Below are positions 50,001 through 60,354 of a stretch of 64,000 nt of DNA, piece after piece. Position 1 is the stretch's first letter; every line of letters begins with the position of its first letter. Source of the stretch: Nitrospira sp. (GTDB lineage: Bacteria > Nitrospirota > Nitrospiria > Nitrospirales > Nitrospiraceae); contig AP038806.1 in assembly GCA_047150005.1 (NCBI GenBank), forward strand, positions 2,400,001-2,464,000. Direction: 5' to 3'. A program made the position numbers and the translations under genes. The notes under the pieces are model-generated. The model was not told where the DNA came from, ran no database searches, and was given only the letters and a program-made list of their open reading frames with translations.

Positions 50001-50128
50001 CGACGACGATGGGAGCTGAAGTACAGCGACCGCTGGCGACGGTCGTGATCGGGGGGCTGGTTACTTCGACCGCCTTAACCCTACTTGTGATCCCGGCTCT
50101 GTATACCAAAGTAGGTCGTCTCGGCTAG
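47063..50128 (+). CDS. czcA: CusA/CzcA heavy-metal RND pump
   Basis: IDAVPD, NLMSLGAIDFGLLVDGSVV, FRPMA, QPIEMRFNELIAG, RLRPVLMTA, EVQRPLATVVIGGL. Confidence 0.93.
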   Translation: MATLLTLSLRYRFFTLVAIMLAIAGGLWSLTTLPIDAVPDLTPVQVQVLTRAPALGPVEVEQLVTFPIEAALSGLPGLQELRSISRYGLSAVTAIFEDQVEIYRARQLVSERLTRAVERIPQEYGRPLLGPLTTGLGEVYMFTLKSRQLGAMELRTMLEWDIGMRLRAVPGVVEVNIWGGEAQQYQVMVDPGKLLSYKLSLSRVFEALQRNNAIAGGGYIEHLREQLLIRGEALATNPEAIAKIIVDHGPGGVPIRIGDLGEVKAGPALRIGAATVDGEGETVIGLVQMLAGENAQRVVQRVKARVSDIQATLPAGVMIEPYYDRTQFVSKVIRTVRNNLLEGGVLVVAVLFLFLGNLRAGLIVAAAIPLSMLIAFIGMAQAGLSGNLMSLGAIDFGLLVDGSVVMIDNILRRLSTVRAATSEQRTAAIRSAAGEVLRPVTFAVGIIILVYLPVLTLTGIEGKLFRPMALTVILALVGSLIIAVTVTPVLASWFVPSAEEREPRLTRMFRLAYRSAVRRAISRPRWVVLPAAALFVVSLVVGWTLGVEFVPRLDEGDLAIQVWRLPSVSLSESVATSLQIEKVLRQFPEVVTVVTRTGSPEIATDVMGIELSDVFVILKPRDEWSSARTREELIANMKAAIEGNVPGVGLGFTQPIEMRFNELIAGSRSDLAIKIFGDDLDRLKQTADATARAIEAVSGAADVKVEQIAGLPMLRVVVDRDQIARYGFTADDVLAVVETTRAGRVVGMVIQGVRRFELVVRLRTGATIDPKSIGAVLLPTPEGELVPLSRVAEITIDSGPAQVSRQDVQRRIMVEANIRGRDLGGFVAEAQRVVAERVSPPTGYYLVWGGQFEHLQDAARRLAVVVPITLLLILSVLSVMFGAMRPALLIFLNVPLALSGGVLALWMRGLPLSISAAIGFIALFGIAVLNGVVLISHIRQLEAEGRSTEDAVMEGSLDRLRPVLMTALVASLGFVPMALATTMGAEVQRPLATVVIGGLVTSTALTLLVIPALYTKVGRLG

Positions 50129-50189
50129 CCGCGCACGAAAGTGAGCGGTCAAACGCTCTACCACAATTGGATGCCGAAGGGAGCTTCTC

Positions 50190-50516
50190 ATGTCGATTCC
50201 CGTTTCTCTCGGACTTTTTGTTCTCGCGGGTTTGTGTGAAATCGGCGGCGGCTACTTGGTGTGGCTGGCGCTTCGAGAGGGCCGGCCGTGGGGATATGCC
50301 GTCGCTGGAGCCGCGATTCTCATCCTGTACGGCGTGATCCCGACCTTTCAACCGGCGCACTTTGGCCGTGTCTATGCCGCCTACGGCGGCTGGTTTATCG
50401 TGCTGTCGATCCTGTGGGGCTGGACGATCGACCACATTGGCCCAGATTTCTATGACATCGTCGGCGGATTGATTTGCCTGGTCGGTGTTGCCGTAATCAT
50501 GTATATGCCACGTTAA
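50190..50516 (+). CDS. ynfA: YnfA-family small membrane protein
   Basis: [24 protein letters not shown]. Confidence 0.9.
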   Translation: MSIPVSLGLFVLAGLCEIGGGYLVWLALREGRPWGYAVAGAAILILYGVIPTFQPAHFGRVYAAYGGWFIVLSILWGWTIDHIGPDFYDIVGGLICLVGVAVIMYMPR

Positions 50517-50659
50517 ACGTGGTACGAGTCGTCGCTCTCCAGAGGGAGGTTATCTGCTACCAGGCCTCCGTAGTACCTTGCTTCCTGGTTTCTTGTGGGG
50601 TGAGATTGTGCGACTGGACACCTTGAGTGTTTCAGGTCGTGAGCTCGCCACGACAGGAA

Positions 50660-50960
50660 TCGGGACGACGGACCAGCAGTGGCGATCAATGACGTAGGCT
50701 AGGAGCTGAGTATCACGTCCCGAGTCGTGGCAATGCGCGGACAAGACATCGTCGCGGATGGTCGTGATCGCACCAGCTTCGGGCCTGATAGATGTCGGGG
50801 GGACAGCTGGCGAGCCGGTTCGCGTGTCAGTGTATTGGGCGCGCGGTCCAACACGCGAGACACAGCGTGAAGGCTATATCCTACAGCGAGCATACGGCTT
50901 AACTCCTCGCGTTCCATGAGACTCAATCGGTGATACAACGTTTCCTTCACTGAACCGTTT
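50660..50960 (-). mobile_element. IS30-family transposase remnant
   Basis: YHRLSLMEREELSRMLAVGYSLHAVSRVLDRAPNTLTRE matches the IS30 N-terminal HTH; decays downstream, no DDE domain. Boundaries approximate. Confidence 0.65.
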
Positions 50961-51374
50961 TCAATCCTAGGCAGTATCTGTTTCGATCCATGTGGAACAC
51001 GCTTTGCCTCTGTTCCTTTCAAGTTCCTTGGTTGTCTAGACAGTAAGGACCGATGGGAAGCGCTTCGCCTTTGGCGCGAACTCTAACGCCCCGACCACCG
51101 TAAGCGCTCCCTCAAAAATAGACTGGTAAAAATGGGAATTGTCGGGCACAATGCCCCCCTTTCCATGGTGCTCCTGTTCATTGAGCCGGATATCCCTGAG
51201 AAAATGATTTTGTCAAGCCCCACGGAATCTTTCGGGATGAGTTGCTGAGCAGAGCATTGTCTTATCCACTGCACAAAGCTTAGGTACTCAGTGAACGCTG
51301 GTGTGGGCACTACACTCCCACCGCCCGCCGAGTGCGCTGTGGAGTTCTAGCTGATAGAGGATGGCACAGCTGTT

Positions 51375-52862
51375 ATGACAACGAAACAATCCGACCGACC
51401 ATCTTTGGCGCACCTATTTCAGCGCGACGGTTTTCACTTGTCGTCGAAGGTCATCGTTAATCGGCAGGTGTTGGTGTGGCTGATGGTCGGTTGTGCTCTG
51501 TACTTCATTGTTGCCCTCATTGAGGTTGGCGGGCAAGTCGTAATAGGTGAGAGCGTCCAATCATCTGTTTACGCGACCGCGCCAGGAGTAATCGTGTATG
51601 AATGGGTCCAGGGTTTAGCATTAGGTTTAGATTTAGACAAGCGGAGCGACTCATGGCTTCCAATGCTGATGGCATACAATGCCTCGATAGAAGACTCCAT
51701 GCGGAGTCTATATGATGTAACGCTTAGGGGGTTGGAAAAGTTTCAGTACCCTCCTTCATCGCTACTTCTTTTCGACCTTATCCCTAAAGAATTGACGAGT
51801 ATCGAAGACGGGAAAATTCATGCAACGCTGAGCTATTACCTTTGGGTCATATCGCTCATCGCGTTTTCTGTCACAATCGGCGCATCATGGCTTCTGCTGG
51901 AAATGCAGTTAGCTAGATTCAGCAATACTCTCTCCTCCTCGCTTATCACACCGTTAGGTGTGTCGAGGGGAATACTCATCATCACCATAAGTTTCTTCTA
52001 CTACCCGCTGCTGAAAGGGCTGGCCCTCGGACAGGCCCAAACTTTTCTCAGTTGCCTGGTCGCAATCTCTATCCTTGCCTTCTTTCTTGGCTGGAAGACC
52101 TGCAGCGGGATTTGTATCGGACTGTGTTGTTTGTTCAAGCCCCAATATGGTTGGCTGCTGGTATGGTCTATTTATCGACGGGAACGATGGTTCACGGTGG
52201 GCTTGGCTACTGTGGTATTGGTGGGTGGGGCGCTATCCGTTGCCCGATACGGACATGCGAATTGGGTTTCATATCTTGAGCTGCTTGGGAGGATCGGCCG
52301 TCAAGGTGAAGCGTTCTGGGCCAATCAGAGCATGAACGGATTGTTGAATAGGTTGCTGGATAATGGTGATCCTTTGCACTTTTTTCATTCCAGTTATGCT
52401 CCATTCCATCCCACAGTGTCCTTCCTGACAATTGCCTGCTCGCTCATTTTGCTCGGGCTTGCTCTAAGGCCATGGTCTTCCGATAGCACAAACTCAGGCC
52501 GGCCGCTCGATCTGATGATCGTCATCGTCGCCGTGACGTTAGCTTCTCCAATCGCTTGGGAACATCACTATGGTGCGTTCCTGCCTATCTTTGCCGCGGC
52601 TCTTGGTAGCATGATCATCATGCGACCGTTTGGCGGCATGACCAGCGCGATCTTTGCTTGTAGCTATGTTGCATGCGCCAGCGTCCTCTTGCGCCCCCGA
52701 CTGTTCTACAAGTTTCCCGTGTTAGGGCTTGCTGGGTCACATATGTTCTTTGGTGGCCTGATCTTATTTGTCATGCTCCTCGTCTTGCGGCAGATGGATA
52801 GTCGTAAAGGCGCCGAAGGGAAAAGATACCCGTCGCAAGGTGTTTCTCTTAAGGCGTCCTGA
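51375..52862 (+). CDS. Glycosyltransferase family 87 (DUF2029, GT-C) membrane protein
   Basis: FQYPP, LGQ, FKPQ, NQS..G, SPIAWEHH; many TM helices. Confidence 0.8.
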   Translation: MTTKQSDRPSLAHLFQRDGFHLSSKVIVNRQVLVWLMVGCALYFIVALIEVGGQVVIGESVQSSVYATAPGVIVYEWVQGLALGLDLDKRSDSWLPMLMAYNASIEDSMRSLYDVTLRGLEKFQYPPSSLLLFDLIPKELTSIEDGKIHATLSYYLWVISLIAFSVTIGASWLLLEMQLARFSNTLSSSLITPLGVSRGILIITISFFYYPLLKGLALGQAQTFLSCLVAISILAFFLGWKTCSGICIGLCCLFKPQYGWLLVWSIYRRERWFTVGLATVVLVGGALSVARYGHANWVSYLELLGRIGRQGEAFWANQSMNGLLNRLLDNGDPLHFFHSSYAPFHPTVSFLTIACSLILLGLALRPWSSDSTNSGRPLDLMIVIVAVTLASPIAWEHHYGAFLPIFAAALGSMIIMRPFGGMTSAIFACSYVACASVLLRPRLFYKFPVLGLAGSHMFFGGLILFVMLLVLRQMDSRKGAEGKRYPSQGVSLKAS

Positions 52863-52882
52863 TCAGTACATTCCGGTTGACT

Positions 52883-53054
52883 GAACCTTTGCGCCGGTAC
52901 CGACGCCGCTGGCTCGTCGAACAGTTCTTTGCGTGGCTCCCAATGGAAGCGGCGCTTGCTGATCCGCTGGGAGGACGACGCTGCCAACTTCTGAAGTTGT
53001 GTGCAGCTCGTATCGATCACCACACGACTCAGGCAATTGTGAGATACGTTCTAG
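52883..53054 (+). mobile_element. IS5-family transposase 3' remnant
   Basis: PLRRYRRRWLVEQFFAWL, then frameshifted QWKRRLLIRWEDDAANF; ends at GAGATACGTTCTAG. Confidence 0.7.
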
Positions 53055-53416
53055 AATCCTCCTCCGCCGCCCGTCGGGACGGCGATGTTGAATTCTTGAA
53101 TCGGCGTCACGATCAGCGCGAAGTTGTAGAGTTCATCGGCCGCCACGTCGTGGATGCCGTATTCGTGGTTCCGCAGCATCTTGAACCACTTCCCCATTTC
53201 CTTCCTCACCATCGCTTGATCGCCGCGGACTAGCGCGTCTTTCACGACCGCGAGTTTGCCGAGATACGGTTCCCAGTCGGAAGCCGGATAATTGCTCTTG
53301 TAGAAGCTCACGGAGTTGGTCAGCTCGTCGATCCAGGTCGTTGACACTTCCGCTTGACCTGCCGTCGCGAGCAGGAGCCCGAAACACAACAGCGCACCCC
53401 TCGTCAGGATCTTCAT
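53051..53416 (-). CDS. Exported hypothetical protein
   Basis: Signal peptide ending AGQA; AAGGAG RBS. Confidence 0.75.
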   Translation of the reverse strand: MKILTRGALLCFGLLLATAGQAEVSTTWIDELTNSVSFYKSNYPASDWEPYLGKLAVVKDALVRGDQAMVRKEMGKWFKMLRNHEYGIHDVAADELYNFALIVTPIQEFNIAVPTGGGGGF

Positions 53417-53491
53417 GACGCTCTCCTTTGATGTGCGGCCGGTGCCAATAATCCGCGCCGTCCGTTGCCGACTCGCAGGCTGGCGGATTAG

Positions 53492-53833
53492 CTAGAAAGA
53501 CACGCAGTCATTGCCTGGCGCGCAGTTCGCGAAGCCGGTCTCGTTCCTGGTCGGTCCGGCAAAGGGCTTCGAGTCCGTCGGCTCCGATTGGGCGCCGGCG
53601 TCCGGCGCTCCCATCGGCCTCTCCATCTCCTTGGTCAACTCGCCGGTCTTCGGGTCGATGCGCTGCATCGACAAGCCGTGGTCCGACGCGGACTTCCCGG
53701 AGTCCATCGCCGGGCCGATCGCTTTCTCCATCGGTTCATCCGCCGCGAGGGCGGAGAAACCGATCAATACGACAGCCATGGCGGCCAACCCCATCAACAG
53801 CATCGCATGCCCTATAAGATTATCCCGTCTCAT
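53492..53833 (-). CDS. Exported hypothetical protein
   Basis: Signal peptide ending ALA; AAGGAGG RBS before ATG 53833. Confidence 0.65.
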   Translation of the reverse strand: MRRDNLIGHAMLLMGLAAMAVVLIGFSALAADEPMEKAIGPAMDSGKSASDHGLSMQRIDPKTGELTKEMERPMGAPDAGAQSEPTDSKPFAGPTRNETGFANCAPGNDCVSF

Positions 53834-53982
53834 CGCGCGACCTCCTTCGTGAAGAGTCCTGCGCCGTGGTCCCTTGATGCGCATGATTCTACGAAGCGGT
53901 CGGACGTCAGACTATCGCCTGAAGGGTGGATTTCATCTACACCGATCAGGTGATTCCGGTTTCGGCCTGCGGTGATGAGCGG

Positions 53983-54621
53983 CTAGCGGGCTCTCAGGTA
54001 GGAGAGAATGGCTTCGACCCGGCCGGTGACGTGAAGCTTTTGATAGATGTGATGGAGGTGGGTCTTGACCGTATCGAGCGACAGGCCCAGACGGTCGGCG
54101 ATCTCCTTGTTGCCTTGTCCAGAGGCGGCGTACGCGAGAATTTCACGTTCGCGTTCGGTGAGGGGGACGAGGCCGGGCGGGGTCCCCGACCCCTGCAAGG
54201 CGGAGACGGCCTGGTGCGCGAATCGATCCGGCATGAACGGCAAGTGGAGACGTTCGCCGCGGTGCGTCGCGCGGATGACCCGCAAAAACTCGGCGTGGTC
54301 GGCATCCTTGAGGATGTAGCCGCAGGCGCCTGCCTGAACCGCGGCTACGATTCTGGCGTCTTCGTCGTGGACCGAGAGCATCAACACCTTGGTGTCGGGC
54401 AGGCAGCCTCGGATCAGGCGCGTCGCCGTCACTCCGTCAAGCCGCGGCATATCCACGTCCATGAGGATCATGTCCGGTCTGAGCCTCATGGCCTGCTCGA
54501 ACGCCTCCCGCCCGTCGGTTGCTTCTCCCACCACCCGGAGATCGCGTTCCCGTTCCAGCAACAGCCGCAGGCTTTGCCTGAACAGACGTTGATCTTCAGC
54601 GATCAGCAGCGTGACCGGCAT
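53983..54621 (-). CDS. NarL/LuxR-family response regulator
   Basis: IAEDQ, ILMDVDMP, GYILK, LTEREREIL...NKEIA..L.LS..TVKTH. Confidence 0.95.
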   Translation of the reverse strand: MPVTLLIAEDQRLFRQSLRLLLERERDLRVVGEATDGREAFEQAMRLRPDMILMDVDMPRLDGVTATRLIRGCLPDTKVLMLSVHDEDARIVAAVQAGACGYILKDADHAEFLRVIRATHRGERLHLPFMPDRFAHQAVSALQGSGTPPGLVPLTEREREILAYAASGQGNKEIADRLGLSLDTVKTHLHHIYQKLHVTGRVEAILSYLRAR

Positions 54622-56899
54622 AGACGTCCTGCTTCACCGGCAACACCAGGGAAAAGATGGCGCCGCCGCCGCGGCGGTTGTCCGCACTGATGGCGCCGCC
54701 GTGAGCTTCCATGACCAGCCGGCAAAAGTGGAGCCCCAGTCCGCGGCCAGTCCTGGTGTCTCCGGCCTCCTTTTTCCTGAAGAGCAAATCGAACAGGTGA
54801 GGCAGATCCTCCTCGGCGACTCCAGGCCCTTCGTCCATCACCCGGATCGTCACGTACGACGAGCCGGCGCTCTCGCCCGGACAGCGGCTCCCGTGGGGCT
54901 CGTCGCGGACCTGCACGGCAATCGTGCCGCCCGTCGGCGAGAACTTCACGGCGTTGTGAAGGAGATTGATGAGGACGCGCAACAGGCGCCGGCCGTCAGC
55001 GTTCACCTGGATCTCCTCGTGCGCGAGATCGACGAGGAATCGAATGCCCTTCGATTCCGCTTCAATCCGGAAGAGATGCAGCGCTTCGTCCGTCAGTGAC
55101 TTGATCGAGACGGCCGAGGTCAGGAGCGGAAGCGCTGAATAACTGTCCTGGTAGACGTCGAGCATGTCGTTGATCATGCCCAGCAACAGATCGATGGTGA
55201 ACCGCATGTCGTCGCACCAGCGTGGCACGGCGGCGTCCGCGGTTTGTCGGTCCACGAGAAGTTCCAGCGTCTTCTTGATGCCCACGAGCGGATTGCGGAT
55301 GTCGTGCGCGAACATCGAAGCGAAGTGACTCAACGAGGCCAACCGCTCCGACCGGAGTAATTGCTCCTGAAGCTGCTTCTTCTCGGTCAGATCGGTCAAT
55401 TGAACCATGACCGCTTCGACCGCGCCGCTCTTTTCAAGGGGGACGAGATCGACTTCCATGATATAGAAATCCCCGGTCGGCGCCGGCACGGTCATTTCAC
55501 CGGCCACGAATTCTCTTCCGGCCGCGAACGTGTCGGCCAGCATCCGGTGGAGCCGGGGGCGCTCCGCTTCGGCGAACAACGACAGCACCGGCGTGCCGAC
55601 GACATCGGCGGCGTGACGCCACAATTTGATTTCCCCTCGCCGGTTGAGATCCCGAATCCGCCCGTCGGCATCCACGAGCAGCCTGATGTGCAGCGAATGG
55701 TTCCACAACATCCGGTAATGTTCCTCGGACGTGGCGAGTTCTCGATTGGCCCGTTCGAGTTCCTCGACGTATCGTTCTCGTTCGTCCGCGGCTCGCGCCA
55801 GCCGCCGAGCCAACTCGTCGAAGCTTCCGGCGAGCGCGTCGAGTTCCAGGATGCCGAGCGGCTGCGCGGCGGGCGGCGACTTGGGCAACGCGGCCCGGCC
55901 GAACTGTTCCATCCGCGCGACCAGCGTGTCGATCGGCCGCACGATGCGCAAGGCCAGTCGCCACCGGAGGAGCACCACCATCCCGATCGCCAGGACCCCG
56001 AACGATGCCAGCCGGCGCATCAGCTGAGTCAACGGCGCGTAGGTTTCGTTCGGGTCCTGCCGCACGAGGATGTACCAGACCTCGGCCTGCGCGACGCTGG
56101 ATCGGAGGAAGACCGGCGCCACGCCCACGATTCCTCCAGCCTTGCCGTGACTGTCGTCCCGCGCCTCGATCCAGCTCGCCTCGGCAAGAGGTCGCTCGAC
56201 GCTCACCAAAGGACCCTGGTCGCTGCTGGCCGGACGGTGTTGAGCAGGCAGGAGGGTCGGGCAGGCGAGCACCGTGCCGTGATCGTTCAAGAGCATGACA
56301 TGGCCGCTCTCGCCGATGCGGCTGCGCAGGACGGAAGCCAACAGCTGGTCCTTCTGGATCACGACCTTGATGGCGCCGATGACGAGGCCGTCATGGTCGA
56401 AGATCGGTGTCGCCACTTCCCAGTATCCATGGCCGGTCTCGTCGGAATGCAGCCCGCCGGCCCACGTGCGGCGCTGCTCGAAGACGATCGGCCACCAGGG
56501 TTGCTGGTTATAGTGCGTTCTGGTGGTGTCGCTGGTGACTCCGCCCACGGAGCGGCCACTGCGATCCAGTACCGCCATCGAGAAGAAGTAGCGGAGCTGG
56601 CTGTCACGCCATCGTTGAAAGGCCGGTCGGTTGAACGCCGGTCCCGTTCCGGCCTTGACGGCGTCGATCACCTCCGACATCGATCCGAGGCGTTCGATCC
56701 ATTCCACTTCCTTATCGAAAATCAGCCCCACCTTGTCCGCGCTCTGGTGCGCCAACTCCTGAAAGGTGAGACCGACCGTGGTCCGGAGGGAAAGTTTGGC
56801 TTGCCAATACGCGTAGGCCAGTCCGAGCATGCCGGTAAGCAGGCCTATAGACAGGACTGAGAGGGTAACGAGACGTTGAAGACTGACTCGCTTGCTCAT
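54596..56899 (-). CDS. Sensor histidine kinase (Cache, HAMP, PAS, HisKA, HATPase)
   Basis: Two TM helices; FAHDIRNPL, NLLHNAVKF, DEGPG, GRGLGL; start probably ATG 56899. Confidence 0.92.
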   Translation of the reverse strand: MSKRVSLQRLVTLSVLSIGLLTGMLGLAYAYWQAKLSLRTTVGLTFQELAHQSADKVGLIFDKEVEWIERLGSMSEVIDAVKAGTGPAFNRPAFQRWRDSQLRYFFSMAVLDRSGRSVGGVTSDTTRTHYNQQPWWPIVFEQRRTWAGGLHSDETGHGYWEVATPIFDHDGLVIGAIKVVIQKDQLLASVLRSRIGESGHVMLLNDHGTVLACPTLLPAQHRPASSDQGPLVSVERPLAEASWIEARDDSHGKAGGIVGVAPVFLRSSVAQAEVWYILVRQDPNETYAPLTQLMRRLASFGVLAIGMVVLLRWRLALRIVRPIDTLVARMEQFGRAALPKSPPAAQPLGILELDALAGSFDELARRLARAADERERYVEELERANRELATSEEHYRMLWNHSLHIRLLVDADGRIRDLNRRGEIKLWRHAADVVGTPVLSLFAEAERPRLHRMLADTFAAGREFVAGEMTVPAPTGDFYIMEVDLVPLEKSGAVEAVMVQLTDLTEKKQLQEQLLRSERLASLSHFASMFAHDIRNPLVGIKKTLELLVDRQTADAAVPRWCDDMRFTIDLLLGMINDMLDVYQDSYSALPLLTSAVSIKSLTDEALHLFRIEAESKGIRFLVDLAHEEIQVNADGRRLLRVLINLLHNAVKFSPTGGTIAVQVRDEPHGSRCPGESAGSSYVTIRVMDEGPGVAEEDLPHLFDLLFRKKEAGDTRTGRGLGLHFCRLVMEAHGGAISADNRRGGGAIFSLVLPVKQDVYAGHAADR

Positions 56900-56959
56900 A
56901 TAAGCACAGGAGGGCGAGCATCGGAGCCAGCAGCTACGCGTCAACACACTATCCAACGC

Positions 56960-57260
56960 CCTCTCAGGGGGATTGTCAAGCGCGCCGGCTTCGCCATGCC
57001 CCTGTGGAAACATTACCGGGATTGTCTGCATGGCCGGGATTCAGTCAGGTTGCCTCGGATTGTCGATGAATTAGACCAGGTGTCCATGACCGCGGTCGAC
57101 TCTCAAGCTTGGTTGCCGGCATGGAGAGGTCTGGTCATGAGCCACCCGCTCCGGACCACCGTGGATCCGCGCGTGCTCGCCCTCGGCCTGTGCCATCCGA
57201 GCCGCTGCTGTCACAGCTAGAAAAAATCGTGGAAGCTCGTGTAAATAAAGGGCGAAGTCG
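56960..57260 (+). pseudogene. Decayed paralog of the 58288 lipoprotein
   Basis: MPLWKHYRDC...AWLPAW...PLRTTVDPR aligns with MSLWERYQRC...SWLKGW...PIRTALDPQ; frameshifted continuation SACAIRAAAV matches AACTLRAAAV. Boundaries approximate. Confidence 0.6.
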
Positions 57261-57392
57261 CGGTCAAACCCAAGCACGGGTTTTTCGCCTTCTTCATCTG
57301 GCTTCACTTATGCCTTGAATGTCGATTCCTTCCAGCCCATCATCTCCGAAGAATGTTGAAACAGCTTTTCCACCAAGAGCGTGAGGTGGGCT

Positions 57393-58136
57393 ATGACGTT
57401 GTCGACCAAAGCGGCCATGGGGGCCATCATGATGCTCACCGCAGTAGCAATTGGAGCGGGGATTTCCGTCAAGGCAGAAGAAGGCCGGTTTGGCACCCCC
57501 AAAGGCGAGGAAGGCGTGCGAATTTTCAACGCCACAGAACATCCGTATTACACCGGAGAGTTTCACATCTCCGGCGGCCGCGCGACACTCGTCGGGAGCA
57601 TGCAAGACGTATCACCCTGGGACCACCTCGACTATGGCGGCAAACACCTCAACCCGGTGCAGGGCTCTATCGACCTCACGGTGAATGACCTCACGAACAG
57701 TGGCCAGGTCAAAGCCAAGTTTGTCGAGGGCCCCGACCGCTATCACATTGTCTTTGACCGGTTCAGTGCGAAGGCTCCGTTCCAGAACGGCGGTATTGCG
57801 ACTCGAATTTATGAACATGGCGATTCAGGCAACGGCGATCCCTTGTATCCGAAGACCTGGCTGTACCTTGCCGGCTGGGGAACGGCGACGGTATGGAAAA
57901 ACGATCAACTTCTCCATAAAGACTACGATGCACACTTCATGGTCATGGAACGGTCTCGAGACCCTAAGACACGTGAGGTGCGCTATCCGGTGAAGCGGAC
58001 GCTACCTGGAGGAGAAACCGATCCGGCAGGGATGGAGATCGACCTCTGGGTCCGTTCGAAGGAGTAAAACACCAAAAACTTTCCTCCCTTTGAGACCTTC
58101 GTGCATCTGTACTGGGACGAAGTGACATGGCGGTGA
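57393..58136 (+). pseudogene. Exported hypothetical protein with probable premature TAA 22 codons before the end
   Basis: Signal peptide; after TAA 58065-58067 the frame continues NTKNFPPFETFVHLYWDEVTWR to TGA 58134-58136. Confidence 0.55.
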
Positions 58137-58287
58137 GATGAACGTCCATCATTTACATGACCAGGAGCATGACGACGGGTACGTCGGCCATCCTCACGAT
58201 TATGCGCCGCTGTCGTCTCTGATCCGAGCAAACTCTCCGCTTCGTTAAAATCCTGTAAGAGGATTCTCGGTTGCGCGACTGACGGTC

Positions 58288-58782
58288 ATGCGCTGGACAG
58301 TCGGTCTCCTCACAATCCTACTCACCGGTTGCCAAGGGTTGTCCCTCCTGGAATCACCAACAGAGAGCGATCCGCGCCAGATCATGTCATTGTGGGAGCG
58401 GTATCAGCGTTGCCGGGCATCGACCGATCCTATGGAGCTCGTTCGCATGGCTCAACAGTTCGAGACCGTGATGATCAGCGACGTGGAGCCACCTTCATGG
58501 TTGAAAGGATGGGGGCGGCATGTGAAGGCGCAACCCATCCGCACGGCACTTGATCCGCAGGCTGTCGGGGCGGCCTGCACACTGAGAGCTGCCGCGGTCA
58601 TGGCGCAGATGGCCCGGGCTGCGGACGCTCGCGTCCTCTATGAGCGCGTGCTGATTCGATATTCCGGCCCTGATCAGCGGTACTTCGCCCGTCAAGCCAG
58701 AAAGGCGCTGGACCACCTTTTCGAATCCCGTCCCGCTCTCACCGCTTCCGTCCCTCTCCCCATAAGGCCGTTGGATAAGTAA
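58288..58782 (+). CDS. Lipoprotein of unknown function
   Basis: Lipobox LTGC; TPR-like C-terminal helices. Confidence 0.75.
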   Translation: MRWTVGLLTILLTGCQGLSLLESPTESDPRQIMSLWERYQRCRASTDPMELVRMAQQFETVMISDVEPPSWLKGWGRHVKAQPIRTALDPQAVGAACTLRAAAVMAQMARAADARVLYERVLIRYSGPDQRYFARQARKALDHLFESRPALTASVPLPIRPLDK

Positions 58783-58840
58783 AGAGGTCGCTCTGTAAGA
58801 AGCGACCAGATCGCGCGACCCATGGCCAAGCCTGGGAGAA

Positions 58841-59656
58841 ATGAGCGAAAAGACATTTGGACCAACGATCGTCATGATTGATACCATGCGGAGGCACTGG
58901 CCCGAATATCTGATGGAGGCCGGCGGGCTCGGTCTCTTCATGATCTCGGCCGTGCTTGTGACCACGTTGCTCGAGTATCCGCTCTCGCCCCTCCACGAGC
59001 TGCTGCCCGATCCGACCATCAGACGGGTCGTGATCGGACTTGGCATGGGGATGACCGCGATCGCGCTCATTTATTCCACGTGGGGCAAGCGGTCCGGAGC
59101 TCATTTGAATCCGGCGGTGACACTCACATTTTTTCGCCTGGGGAAAATCCAGGGAGTCGATGCGGTATGTTACATGGTCGCCCAGTTCGCCGGAGCCGTG
59201 GCAGGGTTGCTCATCGGTGCCGCGGTGATCGGTATGGCGGTCGAACATCCGGCGGTGAATTATGCCGTCACCATACCGGGATCGGCGGGAAATGGCGCGG
59301 CATTTGCCGCTGAAGCGGCGATATCGTTCGGGCTCATGCTCGTCGTACTCATTGCATCGAACCGTGTCGCGCTTAATCCATGGACCGGTGTTTTTGCCGG
59401 CTGCCTGGTCGGGACGTATATCAGTGTCGAAGCGCCGTTATCCGGAATGAGCATGAATCCCGCTCGCTCGTTTGCATCCGCCCTGCCGTCGCACATCTGG
59501 AGAGGTTTCTGGATCTATCTCTCCGCCCCTCTGCTCGGCATGTTGCTCGCCGGGGAGTGTTATGTTCGTCTGTACGGTGTTCGTCGCGTGCTCTGCGCGA
59601 AACTCCACCATCACAACGACAAGCGGTGCATCTTCCGCTGCTGCTACACCCCTTGA
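58841..59656 (+). CDS. Aquaporin (MIP family)
   Basis: SGAHLNPAVT and GMSMNPARS NPA boxes; C-terminal CAKLHHH...CIFRC. Confidence 0.92.
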   Translation: MSEKTFGPTIVMIDTMRRHWPEYLMEAGGLGLFMISAVLVTTLLEYPLSPLHELLPDPTIRRVVIGLGMGMTAIALIYSTWGKRSGAHLNPAVTLTFFRLGKIQGVDAVCYMVAQFAGAVAGLLIGAAVIGMAVEHPAVNYAVTIPGSAGNGAAFAAEAAISFGLMLVVLIASNRVALNPWTGVFAGCLVGTYISVEAPLSGMSMNPARSFASALPSHIWRGFWIYLSAPLLGMLLAGECYVRLYGVRRVLCAKLHHHNDKRCIFRCCYTP

Positions 59657-59820
59657 ACGGCTGTTCAACGTCTCCTTCAATCCGCCCATCAGTAACGAAC
59701 GTTCGCGCGTCGGCCGCTTGTAAGGACTCGCTCTCTGGCTCGACGGACAGGCAGATGCGGGAAGCCGGAACGCTGAAGAGAATCAGCACCGCACGGTACC
59801 CACACAACAAGGAGGGCATT

Positions 59821-60270
59821 ATGAGGGCGAAGAGCGCATTCACCATGGGGTTTCTGTCTTGGCTTGCCGTTGCTGGATTGGTTGCGGCGTCGAACGGCTT
59901 TGCCGCCGATGCGCACACCACGGCAAAATTCGAAGGCGTGAAGGCGAACAGCGGCACGGCCACACACGGCCGGTCAGGGAACAGCGACACGTTGACCTGG
60001 TCGGATGATTTCAAAATTCCTGAAACACCGGCGCCGCATTGGCAGGTGGTGGACACGAAAGGCAACGTGTTCCTGCTTCAACGGTTGGCGATTAAAGGCG
60101 ATAAGCAGAACCGCACCATCACGTTGCCGGCCTACGTCCATGACGTGGCCAAGGTTCAGATCTGGTGCGCCTACGCTGAAACGTTGCTGGGAGAAGCGCC
60201 GTTTGCCAAGCCGGTGGTGACGGCGTCCGGCGAGCGCACTCATTCAGACAGTATGGCGATGAGCCGCTGA
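59821..60270 (+). CDS. Exported DM13-like protein
   Basis: AGGAGGG RBS, signal peptide, DF.IP..P.PHW...LP..V.D...VQIWC...LGEA.F. Confidence 0.6.
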   Translation: MRAKSAFTMGFLSWLAVAGLVAASNGFAADAHTTAKFEGVKANSGTATHGRSGNSDTLTWSDDFKIPETPAPHWQVVDTKGNVFLLQRLAIKGDKQNRTITLPAYVHDVAKVQIWCAYAETLLGEAPFAKPVVTASGERTHSDSMAMSR

Positions 60271-60354
60271 AACACCAAGGGAGCCTGGCTGAGGAGGACG
60301 TTCTCGTCATCCTCTTCAGCCTTCTCCTACCGAAACCCGGAACATGAGGACGTC

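Noticed and set aside
43679..58067. TAA read-through or alternative genetic code from two in-frame TAA codons
   Set aside because: TAA ends many intact genes here; single substitutions or sequencing errors explain both.
60288..60325. Hairpin after the DM13-like gene as an intrinsic terminator
   Set aside because: Imperfect stem and no convincing U-tract.
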